Part shown: one piece after another, positions 12,640 to 21,590 of the stretch
How positions within the stretch are numbered: the first letter of the stretch is position 1
Layout of the letters: the number at the start of each line of letters is the position of its first letter
Source: Curvularia clavata
Taxonomy: Eukaryota
Reading direction: 5' to 3'
NCBI GenBank assembly: GCA_023920165.1
Contig: CP089280.1
Span: forward strand, 1,116,001-1,180,000
DNA: 64,000 bases
Notes under the pieces: generated by a model
Told to the model about the DNA's origin: nothing
The model's database searches: none
The model's input: the letters and a program-made list of their open reading frames with translations, nothing else
Made by a program: the position numbers and the translations under genes

Positions 12640-12648
12640 ATCAGATAA
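12640..12648. promoter_or_regulatory. SreA/Sre1 box upstream of the ABC transporter
   Basis: ATCAGATAA at 12640-12648, about 320 bp upstream of the ABC start codon (12321, minus strand). Confidence 0.7.
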
Positions 12649-12700
12649 AATTTCGCTAGCGCTACCCCGTTTTCGATACCGGCCATCCATGCCGTCCCGT

Positions 12701-14002
12701 CTACATCCTTGCCTGCACCTGTACCGGTGATGCAGCTCCATCCCCTACCTCCTTGGACCCTGCGGACGCCTGACGCACAATTTCTCCTGCCATTAGTGAA
12801 ATATCCTTGGCCAAGGTTCGCCCCCCGTCTGACTTTGAAGACACCAGCCAGAGCCGGCATCCTTGTGCAATAGCGCCGCGCTTGAATTGCACCTCTTCCA
12901 GGCTCTCTCCCTTGGGCCGGCAGCCTAGTATGATTGAGTCTATGCTCTGGAACAGCGCACTGTTCGAAAAGGGACTTGTCGCCGTGTCCCTAATGATCAA
13001 GTCGGAACGCGAGCAGGCTGCGGAGGCGTCTTTTCCGATAATGACATGCAGCCTAAACTCGCCCTTGGACTGGACTTGCTTCTCATATGCACGCATGTAA
13101 ATCGTCCGAATAGGCTCTGGTGCTTCGGTAACAGGTGGTATCTGGCAGCTGGTTGGCTTCGCCCAGATTGAGCACAATTGAGCCTGTGGGAGCTTTGCGT
13201 CGTCCAAAATCTTTAGTGACGCAAACGAATCATCCTCCGTCACCACTGTGATGTTACCCAGACGAGGGCACGATAGCAGGTCGTCCACTATCTCCACCGT
13301 CTTCTCGCCGGAACCGACCACTGCCACGTTCAGTCGAGGCTCGTTGTGACTTCGCAGTTCGTTCCTTCGTGTAGGATAGTCGTCCATGGAGATAATGCGC
13401 TGGCCTGCTAGGAAATCTGTCGCTGGTAATGGTTGTGCGGCGATTCCACTTGCTCTCGATGGCGACGGTGCTACGATACTTCGTGTTCGCACCATCCATG
13501 TTTTCCCAGTATTGTCCTTGATGGCCACCTTCCAACGCTGCACAACATCTCCCTCGGCCTCTGGGGCTACCCCAATAACTTCGTTACCATAGCGTACATC
13601 GTCCTTGAAGTGTTCGGCACACCACCTCATATAGTCGGCAAATTCCTCCCTCAAAGGATTGAGACGATCCGAGTTTGCAAACTCGATAAGACGCTTGCGA
13701 TTGAGTAGGTAGTTAACGTAACTGAAGGCTGTCCTCGGGTTTCGGAGCGTTGCTAAGTCGTACATAAACGGAGTTTCCATTCGAGTCCTTGACAAGTTGG
13801 AACTTGAGCCCCATGCAAACGAAGGCTTTTTTTCAACGAACAGCACTTTGGATGGTGTCCGAGATTCGCTATTCGCAATGGCTGTGGCTAACTGCGCAGC
13901 TCCGAAGCCAATGCAAACGAGATCATACCAGGGAGCGGGTTGCGCAAGCGGTGAATTCGGTGTTGCGTCCATAGCGCTGCTTGCTCCTTCAGCCGAAGTC
14001 AT
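12701..14002 (-). CDS. L-ornithine N5-monooxygenase (SidA/IucD family)-like protein with degenerate active site and PTS1-like C-terminus, 433 aa
   Basis: Intronless ORF from ATG 14002. The N-terminal half aligns by eye with SidA (DLVCIGFG, DLATLRNPR, EFADYMRWCA, VAVVGSG), but substrate and cofactor motifs are altered or missing. Ends in ARM. Confidence 0.85.
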   Translation of the reverse strand: MTSAEGASSAMDATPNSPLAQPAPWYDLVCIGFGAAQLATAIANSESRTPSKVLFVEKKPSFAWGSSSNLSRTRMETPFMYDLATLRNPRTAFSYVNYLLNRKRLIEFANSDRLNPLREEFADYMRWCAEHFKDDVRYGNEVIGVAPEAEGDVVQRWKVAIKDNTGKTWMVRTRSIVAPSPSRASGIAAQPLPATDFLAGQRIISMDDYPTRRNELRSHNEPRLNVAVVGSGEKTVEIVDDLLSCPRLGNITVVTEDDSFASLKILDDAKLPQAQLCSIWAKPTSCQIPPVTEAPEPIRTIYMRAYEKQVQSKGEFRLHVIIGKDASAACSRSDLIIRDTATSPFSNSALFQSIDSIILGCRPKGESLEEVQFKRGAIAQGCRLWLVSSKSDGGRTLAKDISLMAGEIVRQASAGSKEVGDGAASPVQVQARM

Positions 14003-14583
14003 CTTTTGTGAATTTTGGTAAACTAAGAGCAGGTTCGACTGCTGTTGTGATAAGAAATGGTGCGTCTGAAGGAATCTGATACGACACCAGTATTTTAATC
14101 TCTCCTCACAGCAACAATGCACAACTCAGTCACAAAATGAAAAAGGTCCGCGCTTTGGCTAGCCATGGCCAGACATACCGATATCCAGGCTCAAAACAAC
14201 GATGTCACCGAAAACTAGCGTCGCTGGCATGGATGCGCCACAAATGCAGGCCGCATACGAAAGCCTGCATGGGTGTGTAGAGGTGTCAGACCAAGACCCA
14301 CATGGTGTGATCAGCCATCCACTCGGTACATTCTCCATGGTACGACCACCCCACGCGAAGGCTAGCTTTTCTTTGCCCGTCGATGGGTAACATATCCGTC
14401 TAAGCCTACGTATTCCATGGCCCAAGCTATCCCTGATACTATATACAACCTCGGTTAGAGATCCACAGGGCCTGACCGTGCAAACTTGAATGTCTTCAAG
14501 CATCACGTCGCTGCTACCACAGGGTCGTATATACAATCTTCTTGGATCGCCTTCTCTTTCATCATTAACTCTAATCTCTCACA

Positions 14584-15959
14584 ATGGCACAACCAACAAA
14601 ACCATCTACGGCGCAGGAACCGTTTGTTCTCAAACTCCCTCACCCATACCTTACCACATACGCAATCACCAATGTCGCACCTGAAGGAAAACCCATCAGT
14701 TACAAGATCAGGCTATCCCCAGCAGACACCGCTGCTAAGGAAGTAGCACCGCCAGTTGTACTGCACAACGAAACTGTTTCGTTTAGTGATATTGGCTCTC
14801 TGAGCCAAGACACAGTGCCGCCTTTGGGGGACAACAGCTCTTGGGCTCGCGCTCGAAGATCACCCCATGTAACTGTCAGCTGGGACCAAGATAGACCTAC
14901 AGTTCCGCAGCTTTGGCTCATCGCTTATGCGCTGGTCTCGCTACATCCCTTGGTAGAGAATTTCCGCGTTGTCCTCTCCGGCAAGGATTCGCAGTCACTA
15001 GCCCATGATTTATATGTCACTGGCCTTTTCCACCCGCATCCTAAGCCTTCCCGAGCAGAAGCACCTCAAGATGGCCATCTTCTCTTCCGAGGCACATTTT
15101 GGCAGGGCGCTGCATCTCCATTTGGAACCCGCCCAGTGTGGGCACCACACCTCGATGCCTCAGGCAAACCAGCTAGCAGACAGTACCCCCCCTTCCCATT
15201 CCAGAATGCACCATCTACTCAGTTCCCAGCTGTGCCGCGGCATACTATGCATCCTGTTAGAGAGCCAAAGCCACAACCCGGATCAATCATCTACAGCCGA
15301 TGGATACCACATCTGAAGGAGCACTTCACCATGGTCGCCCTCGACTACAAGAATGATGAGCATCTCCGCTTATTCAACAAATGGCAGAACGACCCACGTG
15401 TTGCTGCTGGCTGGAATGAGACTGGCACCCTTGATCAGCATCGGGAATATCTTCGAAAGCTGCATGAAGACCCCCACGTTCTCACCATGTTCGCTGCATT
15501 CGACGACGTTCTGTTCGCTTATTTTGAAGTCTATTGGGCGATGGTAAGCTAATCTTTACCCTGGTTTTTTGCAATTACGTACTAACACTGACATAGGAGG
15601 ATCACATGGGTGCTCACTACCAGTCTTCGCCCTACGATCGCGGAAGGCATTCCCTGGTAGGTGATGTAAGATTCCGAGGGCCGTACCGTGTCTCTGCATG
15701 GTGGTCAGGCCTAATGCACTACATGTTCCTGGATGAACCGCGCACTTGGAATTTGGTTGGCGAGCCAGCAGCAACAAGCAGCACTGTGTTGGCTTACGAC
15801 TTTGCCCATGGTTTCCATGTCGAAAAGCTAATGGACCTTCCACATAAGCGAAGTGCACTCATGATGGTCAACAGGGAGAAATTCTTCACCCTGAGCCCGT
15901 TCACATGGGATGGAGAGAAGAAAGTAAGGCCAAGCCTCGACGCAGCCGCCAAATTGTAG
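14584..15959 (+). CDS. sidF: N5-hydroxyornithine:anhydromevalonyl-CoA acyltransferase (SidF/IucB-AlcB family), 440 aa
   Basis: Exons 14584-15543 and 15597-15959. Motifs FWQGA, HPVREPKP, WQNDPRV, FAYFEVYWA-ED, DRGRHSLVG, FLDEPRT, DLPHKRS. C-terminal PTS1 AKL. Confidence 0.9.
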
Positions 15960-16223
15960 TTCACCGCAAAGCGCCTTGATTTTGATACCTCACAATAGCT
16001 TGATCAATCAATTCACACAATAATACGAGATGTTATCCGCTTGACGACCACATGTGTCTTTTGCTAGTTGCTCACAAAGTTCACAATTTCTGGAACGTGC
16101 CTGGCATCGCCGGTTACCGAGAAGCCCACTCGTGCGACCCATTAGACAGCATTAGCATTACTGTCACGAAAAAATCTCGGCAGATGATACCTGGACCCGT
16201 TGCGCCCCACCAGCAGGCTGCGG

Positions 16224-16701
16224 ATCAGATATTTAACCGCAAAATTTTATCAGATCTGCCCTGTGCGTAGCGCCCCATGAACGTATACAGGCCAAGCAGA
16301 CTCGAGCCATCTGATTGCCCCAGCATTCACGCACTAAATGCAACTGACGAGTGTGAAGCAGTGTGGTGGATCATCACACGTAACGGCATTGCAGTCGGCC
16401 AACCCCAATGATGCAGCACTCCACTCCACGCTGCCAACTAGTCCATTGCTCCGCGAAAAAAATTTACTCGACGCGCCGACATGACGTGATAATGCCTGAT
16501 GAGGCAGGCCCATGGAGGTGATAACGCTCCAGGACGCATGCCCAGCCGCTAGGCCTCCACGTAATGTCTCTTGGAGGGCCTAGTTTTGATCTGATAAAAA
16601 TTTGATCTGATAAAATTTTACTCTGCTAATGCACGGCCACACACGGCATTCACCGACATCGCACTATAGGAGTACGTGAGCTATGAGTAATCTTATCAGA
16701 T
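16224..16701. promoter_or_regulatory. Cluster of SreA/Sre1 boxes upstream of sidI
   Basis: TTATCAGAT 16247-16255 and 16693-16701 (reverse orientation); ATCTGATAA 16589-16597 and 16605-16613; near-match ATCAGATAT 16224-16232. Confidence 0.85.
16585..16615 (+). repeat. Tandem 16-bp duplication TTTGATCTGATAAAA(A), each copy carrying a SreA box
   Basis: TTTGATCTGATAAAAA at 16585-16600 is immediately followed by TTTGATCTGATAAAA at 16601-16615. Confidence 0.9.
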
Positions 16702-17355
16702 GAGATGGAAGCCCGTCCCCTGTCGATTGAAGTGGCAAGGATGAGCATGCCGCTTGCTGTCATGGTGCACATCTGGCTATTCAAGGCGCGAGTATGACCA
16801 AGGACGATCATGCCTCCTGAGCTATAGTGTTCTGGTAATCACTCGATGACCCTTGTTTGGTCGTGTCATGGCGCTGCTAGTCGCGTTATGTCGGAAAGAG
16901 AAGGAGATAAGATGGTGGGTCATTGAAGTTAGTGATGCCATTTACTCGTACCCGGAGGAAGCATGGCCGGATCCAAGAAGTTTCCGGACCCTTTATGCCC
17001 CTAGGGAACCGAAAATGTACGCAAGCATTACTCGTCTCTCTCATGTGCTTAGATCCGAACAATCGGCGAAACCCTCTGGTCGCCGCTATCGTTGTTACCG
17101 CGGCCAATTCCAGCCAAACTAGGACTTTGAACGTCTTGCATTGAGTCCTGAATTGCTTGGAAGTGCCATCGTACTCGGAAGCATCTCAGTATCCCCATTG
17201 TTTTCTTTCGACTTCGTGTGCGCCCATTCCATAGAGGATATCCATCATAGCCACTGTTGAAGATCTGGCTTTCTATTGGCGTTTTTCTTTCCAGCATCTG
17301 GTAGACTACCAGGCAATCTGTCATAACAAGTGATCAGCCAAATCACCAAGTCATA

Positions 17356-19325
17356 ATGGCGGAACTGTATGATCAGTCTCGCAACGACGCTCTGCGGCGT
17401 CTCAACCAAACACTCCTCCAAATCGACCCTTACGATCTCCCGCCATACCCAAACCTCTCTATAGTCACAGGTCCACTCGATCCACCGCTTGTTCAATTAA
17501 CACTATCACAACTACTACAACAACAAGCCTCATGTTATCCCAACGAAGAAGCCGTCGTCATACCATGGACCAATGCGCGTTGGACGTACCAAAAGCTATG
17601 GGAAGAGTCGAGCCTGTTAGCAAGAGCACTTTTGAAAGAAGGAGTAAGACCAAGAGATAGGATAGGCATCATGAGTGGGAACTGTGAAAAGTACATTGCA
17701 TTGTTCTTTGCGTGCGCAAGAGTGGGGGCGATATGTGTTACACTCAATAATACATATACTGCAACTGAGATGGAGTATGCGTTGAAGCACACCAGTACGT
17801 TCTCAACTCGAAGTCAACTCTAGGCAGACGTTGGAAAACTAATGAAAGCAGAGTGCAGAATATTGTTTACTACGCCAAATATTGCCCGGTTCGACAACAT
17901 GCCGTTGCTCGAACGACTGAGTCAAAAGGACATAGTATCGGCTCTTCCAGATCTCAAGAGCGTATGTCTGATACGAGGTCAACATGGCTCATTCGTCCCG
18001 TACTCTTCTTTCATCGACAATGCACAATATATCCCTGAACATATCCTTGACATCTTTGACGGCATAATAAGTCCGCATGACGTTGCCAACCTCCAATTCA
18101 CAAGTGGTAGCACAGGAAAGCCAAAGGCAGCAATGCTAACGCATCAGTAAGCCTCTTTTTCTCTACCTTCTGACTTCCGCATATCGTGATAAGGTGATAG
18201 CTAACATACCCACTCCTAGCAACCTGATCAACAACTCACGCTTCATCGGCGACCGCATGCAGCTCACCCCCTCAGACACACTCTGCTGTCCACCTCCCCT
18301 CTTCCACTGTTTCGGCCTCACCCTCGGTGTCCTCGCCGTCTTGACTCACGGCTCCACCATCGTCTTCCCAGCCGAATCCTTCGACCCCGTCGCTTGCATG
18401 GAGGCCATAGCCGCCGAACAATGTACCGCTCTACACGGTGTTCCCGCAATGATGGAATCGATAATGGACGTTCCACGTCCAGATGGGTGGCAAAGCAAAC
18501 TCCGGACAGGCATCGTAGCAGGCAGCCCGGTGCCCAAATGGCTCATGGAGCGCATGGTCTCCGAACTAGGCATGACAGATTTCACGTCTTCGTATGGCCT
18601 CACCGAAGCAAGTCCTACCGTATTCAACGCGCATACTACTGACTCGCTGCATGCGCGCTTGACGACTGTTGGTACCGTGCTGCCGCATGCCAAAGTCAAG
18701 ATCGTGGATCGAAACGATCGCATTGTGCCAATTGGTATAAGAGGCGAGCTCTGCGTCGCGGGATACCAGGTTTGTCGCGGGTACTGGGAGAATCCCGAGA
18801 AGACTGCAGAGCTCATCGTCAACGATGAGTATGGAGAGCCTTGGCTCCATACGGGTGATGAGGCTGTGCTGGATGTAGATGGGTATTGCACTATCACTGG
18901 TCGGTTCAAGGATATCATCATCAGGGGTGAGTTATGTCTACGCAGCTTTTGATACTGCTTTATTCGTTTTTCGGTGCAGCGATACTAACATAGAGAAAAT
19001 AGGAGGCGAGAATATCTATCCCCTTGAAATCGAAGAACGACTCGTTGAGCACCCGTCCATTACGCGTGCCATCGTTGTCGGCGTGTCACATCCGCGCTAT
19101 GTAGAGGTTCCTGTTGCTTTCCTTCAACGCGAATCAAGCATGGACAAGCCTGATCTAGTAGAGGTACAGGCATGGGTAAGGAAAGTTTTGGGTAGACACA
19201 AGGCACCTGTGCACGTTTTCTGGCTGGGAGAGGACTGTGACGGCGAAGTGCCGCTTACGGGCAGTGGGAAAATTAAGAAGTTTGTGCTGCGAGATGTCGC
19301 AGAGAACTTGCTGAAGAAGGAGTAA
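17356..19325 (+). CDS. sidI: Acyl-CoA ligase, mevalonyl-CoA ligase SidI type, 587 aa
   Basis: Exons 17356-17794, 17852-18146, 18220-18926, 19003-19325. ANL motifs LQFTSGSTGKPK, PPLFHCFG, SYGLTE, LHTGD, GRFKDIIIRGGENIYP, LTGSGKI. N-terminal PTS2-like RLNQTLLQI. Located in the siderophore cluster. Confidence 0.88.
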
Positions 19326-20460
19326 ATGATAGCTTTGATATGGCGATATACAGTGGGTAAAATTATTACGGTTTTATATAGAGAGAGTTGAATTATGTTA
19401 TTGGATTAGAGTGAAGCAAGTTGTTCGCCAAAGACATCATAGCCAGCCATAGGTGCAATTTGGACAGGTTTCTGACGATGAGCGCTTTTTCTTTGCTCTA
19501 TGTCTTCGCCAGGTATCGCCCTCCTGGTCTTTTGGTTCCTGCCCTCAGAAATATAGTGAGGCAAAGTCAACAATGTAGATATTTAGTCATGCCCCATGTA
19601 GCTGTCAATACTTGTTGCCTGCTCACAAACAATGCGTGTTCCCAATCATCACATTTTGTCGTATCGAATAGCATCGAAAATACGGCTATGGAATTACTAC
19701 AAGTCCTGCTTGTATCACGATGCCCATTGCTTCATCGCCACCATCTTGATCACAAGTCCCTCCTCTGAGTGTAGTAAAATTACTCTGCTTGAGCACGTCG
19801 AGTGAGATTTACCTATTTCATGGCTTTGATTCAGGTAATTTTGCTGCATCATTTTCGCAGCTATCAAATAGCAGCCTGTGCAAAAGTGATGCAAAGACAT
19901 TAGAAAACCACATTTACAAATATAGTGGTGCTTCATATACTGAGGGGATGTAGCCGCTACTTCTTTTAATATACGTTACTCTATATCTAGTGATGTAGAA
20001 GTATTCACCCAAAAATGTGACTAGTACAGGAAAAGGTCGAAATTGTTAATTGAATCCCCGTGGAATTAATTCCGCTAAAGAATATGACCGATGCACATCA
20101 AAAAATAGATAAATGATGTCAATTTCAGAAGGCGGTTGGCTTTATGGTATCATCATCAGGCATCAAAGTGCCATCTCGCAGATATGCAGTATTGAGCTAT
20201 AACGAGACAACCAGCCAAGCAACAGCAGATCAGCCCTATTCAAAACAAAATGTAGATGATTTCACCAACGAGCTATTCACATGTCCAGAAAATGATCATG
20301 TACCGCCAACTCTCATCGACTCAAGCGTGCAAACGCAATTTGCCTCTCACCTCCACTTTCACCTTCACCTCCGCCCCATCACATCCAGCCAGATCAAAAA
20401 TATGTTTCCCCATCTCTCAATCAAAACTCACGGTCTCACAACACACTCCGTCCACCAACC

Positions 20461-21489
20461 ATGCTGCCCAAACTCATCCAACGCCCCTCCGACGCGCCAT
20501 CACTCGTGTCAGACACGACCTTCACCCCGACCCCCAAGCGACGCAAGCGCGGCACAACCGACTCCGATACAGCTTCAAATTCCTTTGAAGAAATCTCTCT
20601 TTCTCAGCAAACTCCCTCCAAGCCCCAACTCAAGCTCGAGCCTTACTACACCCTCGCACCAACCGTCCCCAGTCCCTTCTCCGGCACACTGGAAGCCAGC
20701 CTCGACGCCATCCTGATCTGGAGCCAGCGCATCTGCCCAGCCGTAACAAGTGTTCAACGCCTCGTCTCCGCATTACTCGAAGCCGTACATCCAGACACAA
20801 ACTGGCCCTCTCTCCTCGAGGCCATATACCTCACACCAACCATGCAACCAGAGTACGCACGGGACCTTGTTACCGAGCTCTTATTCCTGGTTACGCGTAC
20901 GCTTCTGCCGGAGCAAATAGCTGAGAATAGAGCGGCGTTGGAACGATTATACGAGACGAGGAAAACAACGGCAATTAGGTTCCTGCTGAGGTACGATATG
21001 CTAAGGGAGTGGGAGATGCAGCCAGGATCGCATCGTCGTGATCAGCCAGTCGCTGTTCCAGCCGTGGAGAGTGAGCGCGGTGTAGCGTCGTCGTTGTGGA
21101 TTCCAGCAGCGTATGCAGAGAAACACCCGTTTCGGAGGCCGCTGATGGTGAATGTTATTTCGACGTTGATTGCGGCCCCTCCCGGTGGTTATTCGACGTT
21201 GGGAATGCGTGAACGCATGAAGCACTATGTTACGGATCTAGATGCGTATCTGATGCTGCGGGATGAGGAGGTGGAGAAGTGGAGTACGGGTAGGCTGAAT
21301 GTCAAGACATGCTTTGCGCTGCTGCATTGGCAGTGGCTAAGGCAGAATAATGAAAGGCTGGAGGATATGGAGGTTCATGGATGGGAGGAATTAGAGGGAA
21401 AGGCGGAGGAGAACGAGTGGATAGCTGATGACACAAGGAAGAAAGCAACGGGAATCACTGCAAAACGGGAGATGAGAAAAGAAGAGTAG
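20461..21489 (+). CDS. Hypothetical protein, 342 aa
   Basis: Uninterrupted 1029-nt ORF with ACCATG context, a basic PTPKRRKRG patch and a helical-looking core. No family recognised. Confidence 0.7.
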   Translation: MLPKLIQRPSDAPSLVSDTTFTPTPKRRKRGTTDSDTASNSFEEISLSQQTPSKPQLKLEPYYTLAPTVPSPFSGTLEASLDAILIWSQRICPAVTSVQRLVSALLEAVHPDTNWPSLLEAIYLTPTMQPEYARDLVTELLFLVTRTLLPEQIAENRAALERLYETRKTTAIRFLLRYDMLREWEMQPGSHRRDQPVAVPAVESERGVASSLWIPAAYAEKHPFRRPLMVNVISTLIAAPPGGYSTLGMRERMKHYVTDLDAYLMLRDEEVEKWSTGRLNVKTCFALLHWQWLRQNNERLEDMEVHGWEELEGKAEENEWIADDTRKKATGITAKREMRKEE

Positions 21490-21590
21490 TACGGATTAAG
21501 TCTAGTTGGATTACGGGAGGCTTGGGGATATGTATGCGTAGGACTTCGTCGGGAAAGGCCAAGTCCGGAGGCATGGGGTATTGTAGCGCA

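Noticed and set aside
12701..14002. Calling this gene sidA, or calling it a pseudogene
   Set aside because: Ornithine- and NADPH-binding motifs are altered, so the sidA symbol is unsupported. The ORF is intact, so pseudogene is unsupported too.
16853..17324. Small ORFs between sidF and sidI as a hidden sidH or esterase
   Set aside because: Short, with no crotonase or hydrolase motifs; consistent with promoter or 5' UTR sequence.
19330..20130. AT-rich stretch as a RIP-degraded transposon
   Set aside because: No terminal repeats, target duplications or transposase/RT remnants visible; AT enrichment is modest.
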